From positions 1,260,001 to 1,292,000 of the forward strand of contig NZ_AP028907.1 in assembly GCF_036323395.1 (NCBI RefSeq): a stretch of 32,000 nucleotides of DNA, read 5' to 3'. This DNA comes from Pyrodictium abyssi. Lineage in GTDB: Archaea > Thermoproteota > Thermoprotei_A > Sulfolobales > Pyrodictiaceae. Both the position numbers and the translations under genes were made by a program. Shown piece by piece: positions 8,345 through 15,471 of the stretch; the first letter of the stretch is position 1; each line of letters begins with the position of its first letter. Under the pieces are notes generated by a model. It made no database searches. It was not told the origin of the DNA and saw only the letters and a program-made list of their open reading frames with translations.

Positions 8345-9694
8345 CTAGGCCTCTAGCTGCTCGAGTATTCTAGCCCACTCCGCCCACCTGGTGGCGCAGA
8401 GGTTCTCTGCCTCGCCTAGGGGCCGGGGGTGCCTTGTCGGCGCGGGGTCTAGGGCGGTTAGACAGTACATGTCTATGGCCAGCTTCTCCTGCGGCTCCCA
8501 GTCGCCTTCTAGCACGCCGCGGCCGAGGAGCCGCTTGACCGCCTCCCGGTACCTCGGGTGTATGGGCTGGGGCCTCGCCTTTGCGAGAGGGGTTCCGGGG
8601 AGAGGGAGGAAGGTGTGGAGCCGGAGACGAGCCCCCATATCGGCTAGCCTGTACATTATCTCGACCGTCGCCTCTACGTCCTCCTCGGTCTCCCCGGGTA
8701 GGCCGAAGATTATGTCCACCACGGCCTGGAAGCCGTACCGGTGTATCAGCTCGACCGCATCAACGGCGTCCTCCACGGTGTGGCCCCGGCCCACCGCGTC
8801 GAGGAGCCGGTTGCTGCCCGACTGTAGGCCGACGGATATCCTGCGGTTGGCCGCGTAGCGGCGGACCACCTCGAGGACCTCGGGGGTCACGTACTCTGGC
8901 CTAGCCTCGCTCGGGAAGCTGCCGAGGTAGGGCTCGCCGCCCGCCTCGCGGACACCCCGCAGCAGCTCCTCGATGGCGCCGGGGTCTGGCTCGCCGGGGC
9001 CCCGGGCCATGTAGGCGAAGCCTATTGGGGCTACGAAACGTATCCTCTTCCGCCCCGCAGCCACGTACTCCCGCGCCGCCTCCGCGACCCGCCCCGGGGA
9101 CCGGTAGCGTACACGGGCCTTGAAGAGCCAGGGCACCTGGCAGAACTTGCAGCCGTAAGGGCAGCCCCTCATTATCTCGATGGGCGGGTAGAGGCCGTAC
9201 CTGCTGCTGTACGGCCTGTAGTCGTCCAGCTCGACCAGCTCTATCCTGGTCACACGGAACCCGCCGCCCGGCACGCGGTACGCTATGTTGGGCACGTCCT
9301 CGAGCCCGCGCTCGCCGAGGAAGTGCTCCGCCAGCGCCACTACCGCGTTCTCGCCGTCGCCGACGACCGCCGCGTAGACCCCCAGGCGCAGCAGCTGCCA
9401 GTAAGCGCCCTCCGCATGGGGGCCGCCAACCACCACAGGGTAGCGCCGCGAGACCCGGGAAACCTCCCCCATCAGCTCCAGGAAGACCGGCGTAGAAAGC
9501 CCATAGAGCACCACAGGCCGGAGCCCACGCTCCTCCAGCCCACGGGCTAGGGGCAGCGGGTCATCCCCCACAAAGACGAGATCCACGCCGCGGCCGAGGA
9601 GCCCACTATCCTCTAGAGCCGAAGCCAAGTGGGCGAAAGCATTACGGGCACCATACACAACCCGCGCTATGAACACGACCCGCCGCGCCACCAC
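8345..9694 (-). CDS. B12-binding-domain / radical SAM domain protein (TIGR04013-like)
   Basis: Radical SAM cluster motif MRGCPYGCKFCQV (CxxxCxxC). The N-terminal Rossmann-like domain (VVFIARVVYG...LVFVGDDP...VVVGGPHAE) is typical of class B radical SAM enzymes. The ORF is open to ATG 9799, but the extra 35 aa (W/C/G-rich) look non-coding, so I prefer GTG 9694. Confidence 0.85.
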   Translation of the reverse strand: MVARRVVFIARVVYGARNAFAHLASALEDSGLLGRGVDLVFVGDDPLPLARGLEERGLRPVVLYGLSTPVFLELMGEVSRVSRRYPVVVGGPHAEGAYWQLLRLGVYAAVVGDGENAVVALAEHFLGERGLEDVPNIAYRVPGGGFRVTRIELVELDDYRPYSSRYGLYPPIEIMRGCPYGCKFCQVPWLFKARVRYRSPGRVAEAAREYVAAGRKRIRFVAPIGFAYMARGPGEPDPGAIEELLRGVREAGGEPYLGSFPSEARPEYVTPEVLEVVRRYAANRRISVGLQSGSNRLLDAVGRGHTVEDAVDAVELIHRYGFQAVVDIIFGLPGETEEDVEATVEIMYRLADMGARLRLHTFLPLPGTPLAKARPQPIHPRYREAVKRLLGRGVLEGDWEPQEKLAIDMYCLTALDPAPTRHPRPLGEAENLCATRWAEWARILEQLEA

Positions 9695-9851
9695 AGCCCC
9701 ACAGCCCCAGCCAAGCCAGCGAAGAGAGCAGTCCCTGCTAAACCCTCTAACTCCACTCTCTGTTCCAACGCATCCAGCTCTTGCCGGGTATGGCATCATA
9801 GACCTTCAAACCCCATCAAGGAGCGTGAAGCCCGAAAACATGAAGATAAAT

Positions 9852-9871
9852 GATATATAGAAGTATATATC
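9852..9871. promoter_or_regulatory. Perfect palindrome GATATATA-GAAG-TATATATC: back-to-back TATA boxes in a divergent intergenic region
   Basis: Read directly; 8-nt arms are exact reverse complements. It lies in the AT-rich spacer between the minus-strand radical SAM gene and the plus-strand surface-protein gene. Further TATA-like elements occur at about 9913-9922 and 9929-9936. Confidence 0.4.
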
Positions 9872-10046
9872 AGCAATACAAATTTAAGAACTACGAAGCA
9901 TCCATTGAAAGCCTAATATATCTCCTCTCTTATATAGCCGTATGCTTGACTCAAGCAAGCGACCTAAATCAGCTAGACATGGGTGGTGCCAAGGGGATGA
10001 ACCATGGGAAGAAAGACCATATAATGAGACTAGCAAAATCAAACTC

Positions 10047-11666
10047 ATGTTCGTACTCTTCGCCATAGCAGTAGCAGCCGCGGCAGCATTAGCCTACAAA
10101 GCTCCGGAGTACCTGCGCCAGCCAGTGTATACTGATACACGTCTCCTAGGCGCCGAGGCCGTCTACCTAGAAGACTCCGCCCCTAGGCTAGCCATTCAGC
10201 TGCCCAGCAGCCTAGCAAAAGACGTCTACAAGGTCACAGTGAGCGTCTACGGCTGGTTCCCCGACGGCAGGATAAAGCCCCTCGGCAACTACACGACAAG
10301 AAACGGGGCAGTCACACTAGACGAGACGCGGATAAGAAGCTACATAGCGGCCTGGAGGAGCCACATAGCATCAAAAGGCTCTACACCCGACTACCAGGAG
10401 CCACCGCTGATAATCCTTGCAACAATCATAGTCAAGAACAAGGGCATATACACGGTAGCCAAGACAGTGCCCATAAGGACCGACCTAGTAGCCAAGGGAG
10501 CTATGCCGACAATACGTATCCTAGACAAGCCTGTACTAACAGCCCGCTGGGACGAGCTACCCAGAGAGTTCCGCGACGCAGTACTAGGCAAAAAGCCGCC
10601 CACAACCACCAAGAGCATAGGAGCTGCTGGCACCAGTACAGGTACTCCTACGCCGCCACCAGTGATACCAATAAGCCCAATAGCATACTGGATATTCGAA
10701 GAGCAAGACCCGCACCTCCATGTACACCTGCCAGCAGCCGTAGCCCACGTACACGGCCCAGACACAGATACTGTAAACGATGTAAATCTCATTATGATGT
10801 TCGTTACAGGGTCACAGACCACGACAGAGATCTACTTTACAACTCCTATGGCGTCCTACGATGCAGGACTAGCAAGCATAACAGCATACATCGTAAGCGG
10901 CTACTCTTGGAAGATACAAAGCAGTGAAACGAATACGTGGGCAAAGGTGCATGTACTCTATATTAACAAACCTGGCAGTAGTACTGTATACCGCATTGAA
11001 GGGACAACTGGCGGTGAACTAACTTCCACTGTAGCCATCGATATGAGCAGTGGTGCATACATGGCCGTAGGTATAGTTGGCGATGCGAACTATGCAAAGT
11101 ATCGACTATATATCTGCGACTACTGTATAGGTATTGCCTGCTACTGTAAGCCGGAAGATAAGTATCTTTATGCAACGTATGTACGGCCCAGCACGCCTAT
11201 AAAGGATAAGATAGAAGTATGGTATGAAGCCGATACGTTAGGAGAAGGTTTCGCTAAGAAGGCTATCGATGCAGCATGGATCAATAATAAACCAGAATAC
11301 TTTGGCGGGTTTGACAGTGGCTTCATTATGGATTCAAGCGAGTATGCACAAAAGATTAGCACTTTACCTATATTCTCTCTCACGTTATCAGTGCCGGTGC
11401 CAGCACGTATTGGCGGGTTCCCAGCCGCTCTTGCTGAAGCCTCCGTCGGCATGGCTAGTGCATCATGGAGCTTCAGTCTTGCATCTATGTCCATAGCCCC
11501 TAAGGCCGACTACGCCGATAACGGGTATTGCGAGATATGGCCGACGCTGTTCGAGAGCCGCGCTAGATTCATGTACTATGGTGTTGAGAGCGGCCAGTAT
11601 GTCGGCGACTATCCCTTCGCTGTGCTGTACGGCGACGTATACGCGTGGACGTGGCCTTGCGGCTAA
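10047..11666 (+). CDS. Large secreted or membrane-anchored surface protein, unknown family, AT-rich gene
   Basis: The ORF is open from 9942. The hydrophobic N-terminal segment MFVLFAIAVAAAAALAY starts at ATG 10047. Thr/Pro-rich linker (TTTKSIGAAGTSTGTPTPPPVIPISP). The C-terminal ~330 aa are rich in Tyr/Ser/Thr/Ile with a Cys cluster (CDYCIGIACYC). ATG 9942 lies only about 6 nt after a TATA-like element, so it is an unlikely start. Confidence 0.7.
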   Translation: MFVLFAIAVAAAAALAYKAPEYLRQPVYTDTRLLGAEAVYLEDSAPRLAIQLPSSLAKDVYKVTVSVYGWFPDGRIKPLGNYTTRNGAVTLDETRIRSYIAAWRSHIASKGSTPDYQEPPLIILATIIVKNKGIYTVAKTVPIRTDLVAKGAMPTIRILDKPVLTARWDELPREFRDAVLGKKPPTTTKSIGAAGTSTGTPTPPPVIPISPIAYWIFEEQDPHLHVHLPAAVAHVHGPDTDTVNDVNLIMMFVTGSQTTTEIYFTTPMASYDAGLASITAYIVSGYSWKIQSSETNTWAKVHVLYINKPGSSTVYRIEGTTGGELTSTVAIDMSSGAYMAVGIVGDANYAKYRLYICDYCIGIACYCKPEDKYLYATYVRPSTPIKDKIEVWYEADTLGEGFAKKAIDAAWINNKPEYFGGFDSGFIMDSSEYAQKISTLPIFSLTLSVPVPARIGGFPAALAEASVGMASASWSFSLASMSIAPKADYADNGYCEIWPTLFESRARFMYYGVESGQYVGDYPFAVLYGDVYAWTWPCG

Positions 11667-11702
11667 CGGAGACGTATCGTGGCTGGCGGCTGCGAATGCG
11701 CA

Positions 11703-11730
11703 TCTTTTCTGCCCCGCCTTTTCTCTCCTT
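11703..11730 (+). terminator. Pyrimidine/oligo-T tracts downstream of the surface-protein gene (archaeal-type terminator candidate)
   Basis: The sequence CATCTTTTCTGCCCCGCCTTTTCTCTCC begins about 35 nt after the TAA at 11664-11666. Archaeal termination commonly uses oligo-T runs. This is a positional argument only. Confidence 0.3.
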
Positions 11731-12009
11731 ATTATGCCCCTGCTAGCTCTATTGGCTCCGTTCTATTGTCTAGACGTCTGGTCCAAGCGGCTGTACTTGA
11801 GCCCCGTATCTGTGGAAGGCGTGGCCTGCTTCTACCGCGGGGCAGGCAGGGCGCGTGGCCGGAAACTGGAAAGTGGCTTAATGCGTAACTGGTGTAGCGC
11901 GGTCTCCGCTGAGCATGTAGAGCTGGTTGCTCGCCTCCGGGGTAGTGCTGCTCGGTCTTTCTGTTATGTACCCCCGCTTCTAAAGGGGTGTCGACTTGCA
12001 TGCTGCTGT

Positions 12010-12657
12010 CTATCGTGGCTGCGTGGCTATGAACCAGGACAAGCTCGGGGCGGCTCCTGCGTGGTCATGATTTAGTACGTGTAGACGCGTACCCCCCTTT
12101 CTCGCTGCGTATGCCGCTACTTCTGCTCCTATCATTGCTCCTGCTAGTACTGGTGCTATCCTCCTCTTGTCTGGGTAGTGTTTTGCTGCGAGCTCTGCCT
12201 TTGCTAGTAGGGCTCCCACGTCTCCGATCTTTGGCTTGAGCTTGGCCTCTACGACGTAGACAGCCCGGTCGGTGACTAGTAGTAGGTCTATGTTCTCGCC
12301 GTCTAGCCTGGCGTTGCGCTGCCGGTGTAGTATCTTCTCGCCTGTCTCCCGTATCTCTTCCCGGAGGTCCTCCCAGATCATCCTCGCATAGAGGCTCTCT
12401 GTGAGGGCGCCGGGGCTCATCTCCACATTGCTGAGCCGCTTGTTTATCTCGTCGAGTTTCCCGTCGTGCTCGGAGAGCTTCTCCTCTATGGCCTCGAAGC
12501 GCTTGTCGTGCTCCAGGCTCTTGCGGCGGAGCCAGCGAAGCTCCTCGAGGATCTCCCGGAGGCCGACAAGCCCAGCCACGGCCGGCCGGAACTCCTCATC
12601 CTCCTCTAGGAGCCGTAGCAGCCGCTGCTTCAACTCCTCGTCGCTGAGGCTAGCCAT
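12010..12657 (-). CDS. Coiled-coil (DUF3782-like) + PD-(D/E)xK nuclease-fold protein
   Basis: I take ATG 12657 (MASLSDEELKQRLL...) as the start. The N-terminal half is a coiled coil. The C-terminal half has D-x(n)-E-x-K spacing (IDLLLVTDRAVYVVEAKLK), typical of restriction-endonuclease-fold proteins. The listed ORF extends to 12975, but that extension is P/R/G-rich. The C-terminus may be altered by a C6 run at 12092-12097 (see findings). Confidence 0.65.
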   Translation of the reverse strand: MASLSDEELKQRLLRLLEEDEEFRPAVAGLVGLREILEELRWLRRKSLEHDKRFEAIEEKLSEHDGKLDEINKRLSNVEMSPGALTESLYARMIWEDLREEIRETGEKILHRQRNARLDGENIDLLLVTDRAVYVVEAKLKPKIGDVGALLAKAELAAKHYPDKRRIAPVLAGAMIGAEVAAYAARKGGTRLHVLNHDHAGAAPSLSWFIATQPR

Positions 12658-12699
12658 CCCGCAGCCGCCCTCCCAGAGGGATTGCTTGTGCAGTGGACG

Positions 12700-12705
12700 T
12701 ATATA
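12700..12705 (-). promoter_or_regulatory. TATA box candidate for the DUF3782/nuclease-like gene
   Basis: TATATA lies 43-48 nt upstream of ATG 12657. This is consistent with a transcription start about 25 nt downstream of the box and a short leader. It supports the shorter start call. Confidence 0.4.
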
Positions 12706-12893
12706 GTGATGGGCTCTACGGGTTCTCCGGGAGCCTTGTAGAAGAGGGCGTAACGGCGGGCAGCCGGGCCGTCGCGTTCTACGAGCATCCGCTGGGACCA
12801 TGTTGCATCCCTGCTGGCTCCTGCTGCCAGGCCCGGGCCTTCCGCTGGGGGTCCTAGTGGGCCTGGTCTCGGCGGGTTTGTGCCCGCTGCGTG

Positions 12894-13342
12894 TCACGGG
12901 AGTACTCTGAGCCATGGCACCCGCCTGAAGTCCTCGTCGAAGGTGAGGATGGTATCGATACCATAGTGCCTGCATGTCAGAGCTATAATGGTGTCTGCAG
13001 GGAGTAGGTTGAGCCTTTTAATGGCCTCTATGACCTCCTGGAGCTGGGCCTTGTCCTCTAGGACGGTTATGCCCGCTTCTTTTACGAAGTCGCGGAGTTT
13101 GCCCATCTCCTCTTTAAACGGCTTGTAGCCGTACGCCCTTATGTAGTCTCGCAGGTCCTCTATGCGTCTTATCCCTAGGTCTCTCCATGCCTTCATCCTC
13201 ACGAGTGTGAAGAGAGCCTCGTCGAGCACTCGTAGGCTTGTGTAGAGATCATCCCCTGCTGAGACCGCGTCCCCACTATCCTGGAGTAGGGCTTGACGTC
13301 GTGCAGATAGTAGACTATGGCGTTGGTGTCTAGGAAGAGCAT
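12894..13342 (-). pseudogene. vapC: PIN-domain toxin (VapC-like), frame broken in a homopolymer
   Basis: ATG 13342 opens MLFLDTNAIVYYLHDVKPYSRIV (PIN N-terminal Asp motif), then the frame runs into a stop. The rest of the domain (VSAGDDLYTSLRVLDEALFTLV...LLPADTIIALTCRHYGIDTILTFDEDF) is in the frame of ORF 12894..13409. One extra G/C in the run at 13271-13274 joins them. Confidence 0.75.
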
Positions 13343-13351
13343 TACTGCTCC

Positions 13352-13546
13352 TCAGCATCGAGCATGAACTGGTCGAGGAGCTCTTTCGGGGCTGGTCCGA
13401 GGACCCCACGGTACTATTCGGAGGATACGCCTCTTCTCCTCAGCACTGACTATCTTCACTAGCAGCTCCTCGCCCTCCCGGAACTCCACGCTGTCAAGAG
13501 GCCTTAGTACTCCTTTCTCGTACTTGACACGGATGATCCTAGACAA
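13352..13546 (-). CDS. DUF104 (AF2212-like) antitoxin, C-terminus probably frameshifted
   Basis: TTG 13546 opens SRIIRVKYEKGVLRPLDSVEFREGEELLVKI, the DUF104 signature as I remember it. After a C4 run (13404-13407, + strand) the current frame gives the odd tail PWGPRTSPERAPRPVHARC. Adding one base gives WGVLGPAPKELLDQFMLDAEEQ, ending in a TAA that overlaps the PIN ATG (TAATG at 13340-13344). Confidence 0.7.
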   Translation of the reverse strand: MSRIIRVKYEKGVLRPLDSVEFREGEELLVKIVSAEEKRRILRIVPWGPRTSPERAPRPVHARC

Positions 13547-13739
13547 TGCCTCGGCCCTCCCGTACCCGGGTCTAGCACCGGCTAGGAGCAATTAGCCTTG
13601 CCCCCTTCAGGGGCTGGGTGTGTCTCGGACACATCTGGCTGCCAGCTCCGGGCGCTGGAGGAGCCGGTGGCTGCTGTCACGTACTCGGCGCTAGGAGCAT
13701 CGAGGAAATGGGGTCCGCAGCCAGCTAGTCTGGCTGGGG

Positions 13740-15317
13740 CTATGCTTTGAGGCTTGCTAGTGCCGCGCGGTATGAGTCTCTTAGTGCTGCTGGTGGGTAG
13801 CCTGGCCGGACTAGGTGCTCCCAGGGCCGCTCCTCTGGCGGGCCGTGGGCGTAGCTGTCGGGGTTTACTCCTAGCCTCCGGGCGGCTGTCCATAGCTGGC
13901 CTAGCCGGCCGCCGAGCCGGGCCCACTCGGCGACTAGCTCGGCTACTCTCCCGTCGCCGCGCGCGATCACTGCCTGGGCGTAGGCGTAGCGGTAGCTCAG
14001 CGCGTCTATGCTGAGCACCTTGCTCTGGGCCCGCCGGAGCACGCGGACCCGGCGCTCGTAGGTCTTTCGGTCCACTAGGGGGAGGTACTGGAAGGGCGTC
14101 CAGGGCTTCGGTACGAGGGGGTTCACTGTGACCCGTATCGCGTCGCGGGCTGGGGGCGCGCGGCGGCTGAGCCTGCGTAGCTGCTCCACGTAGTCCTCTA
14201 TGTCGCGGTCTGTCTCGCCGGGGAGTCCGAGCATGAGGTACAGCTTTATGTGCATCCTCCGGCGCCACGCCCACCCGGCTATCTCCTCGACAACGTCAAT
14301 CATTATGCACTTGCCCGTGGCGCGGCATAGCCGGGGGCTCAGGGTCTCCGGGGCCACCGTGACCACGCGCTGGCCCGCCGCGTGGAGCAGCTCTACCCGG
14401 TCCTCGTCTAGGAGGTCGGCGCGGAGACTGCCTATCGTCGCCTCTAGGCCCTCGCCCACAACCCACTCCAGCAGCTCGTCGGCGGAGGGATGGTCGAAGA
14501 AGCTGAGCGCGTAGAAGGCGACCCTCCTCACCCCGTTGGCCTCCACGCCCTGCTCTATCAGCTGCTTTAGCCGCCCGAGGCTCCGGTGCCGGGTCGGGAG
14601 GAGGAAGTGGGCCTCCATGCAGAACCTGCACATGTGGGGGCAGCCGCGGCTAGCCTCCACCATGTAGGCTTCTCCCCAGGGCTCGCCGCTGCCGGGCACC
14701 CGGAACTGAAGCGTAGAGTGGAACGCCTCGTCAAGGCTCCAGGCGACGGCCTTCCCGACGGGCTCGCTGCAGCCCGGTGCCAGGAAGCCACGGCGGCAGG
14801 CGAGCCCGTGGACCGCCTCCCGGCCGCCGGTGTAGAGCTGCTCTGCTAGCCTTGGCACGGTCTCCTCCGCTTCGCCGACGAGCACGAGGTCGGCCAGCTC
14901 CAGGGCTACGGCGGGGTTCATGCTGGGGACAGGGCCTCCGACGACGACGAGGGGGTGGTCCCCCGGCTGTCTCGCGCGGCGTAGCGCTGGCACTCCAGCC
15001 GCCTCTAGCATGCGGGCCATAGTCACGTAGTCTAGCTCGTAGCTGACGGGAACAAGCACGAGGTCGAACCTGTCGAGGGGCGTACCGGTCTCTAGGCTCC
15101 GTGGGGGCGGCTCCTCGCCCGCCATGCTGGTTGCTACGAGCCGCTCTGCCTGGACGTAGTCGATGCTGTTGAGCATGTAGTAGAGGTTCTGGTAGGCTAG
15201 GCTAGCCACAGCCGCGCTGTACACCGCTGGGTACAGCAGCGCCACGCGTAGGCAGCTGCGGCACCGCTTAGCCACGACCCCGTGCTCCCGGAGCCCCTGC
15301 AGAGTTCTCGGAGGCAT
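13740..15317 (-). CDS. Radical SAM protein with N-terminal B12-binding-like domain (TIGR03960-like, function unknown)
   Basis: 525 aa. Cluster motif SRGCPHMCRFCMEAH. The N-terminus LRVALLYPAVYSAAVASLAYQNLYYMLNS...LVVVGGP resembles the uncharacterised radical SAM family I recall as TIGR03960. Confidence 0.85.
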   Translation of the reverse strand: MPPRTLQGLREHGVVAKRCRSCLRVALLYPAVYSAAVASLAYQNLYYMLNSIDYVQAERLVATSMAGEEPPPRSLETGTPLDRFDLVLVPVSYELDYVTMARMLEAAGVPALRRARQPGDHPLVVVGGPVPSMNPAVALELADLVLVGEAEETVPRLAEQLYTGGREAVHGLACRRGFLAPGCSEPVGKAVAWSLDEAFHSTLQFRVPGSGEPWGEAYMVEASRGCPHMCRFCMEAHFLLPTRHRSLGRLKQLIEQGVEANGVRRVAFYALSFFDHPSADELLEWVVGEGLEATIGSLRADLLDEDRVELLHAAGQRVVTVAPETLSPRLCRATGKCIMIDVVEEIAGWAWRRRMHIKLYLMLGLPGETDRDIEDYVEQLRRLSRRAPPARDAIRVTVNPLVPKPWTPFQYLPLVDRKTYERRVRVLRRAQSKVLSIDALSYRYAYAQAVIARGDGRVAELVAEWARLGGRLGQLWTAARRLGVNPDSYAHGPPEERPWEHLVRPGYPPAALRDSYRAALASLKA

Positions 15318-15390
15318 GACTGCTAGACCCTGCCCTGCCGCTCCTCTAGGACCGCCCGCTGCACGGTCACGATGCCGCCGCCTGGGCCAC

Positions 15391-15397
15391 TATATAT
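15391..15397 (-). promoter_or_regulatory. TATA box candidate upstream of the 525-aa radical SAM gene
   Basis: TATATAT sits in the 154-nt gap between the two radical SAM genes, about 75-80 nt upstream of ATG 15317. This suggests the downstream gene can be transcribed on its own. Confidence 0.35.
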
Positions 15398-15471
15398 CCC
15401 GCCCGGAGGGCCCGCAATGAGCCATGCTTCCGCCTAACTGCTATCGAGCGCCCGCTGCGCACCGCCTGCCT

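Noticed and set aside
11675-12021. 11-nt direct repeat TATCGTGGCTG at 11675 and 12011, considered as att-like borders
   Set aside because: Exact 11-mers are expected by chance many times among all position pairs in 32 kb. There is no integrase or tRNA nearby, and the enclosed segment is non-coding.
11578-12075. 165-aa + strand ORF and 89-aa - strand ORF (11732-12001) in the spacer after the surface-protein gene
   Set aside because: Cys/Arg/Leu-rich, non-protein-like composition. The + ORF overlaps the end of the 574-aa gene. No motifs.
12658-12975. N-terminal 106-aa extension of ORF 12010..12975
   Set aside because: The extension is P/R/G/T-rich, overlaps the 3' end of the PIN gene, and a TATA box at 12700-12705 lies inside it. 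ATG 12657 starts the recognisable protein.
13582-14274. 230-aa ORF overlapping the 525-aa radical SAM gene in another frame (also 14296-14631, 14567-14791, 14777-15022)
   Set aside because: P/R/A/G-rich low-complexity translation. The overlapping frame carries clear radical SAM motifs. This is typical of GC-rich shadow ORFs.
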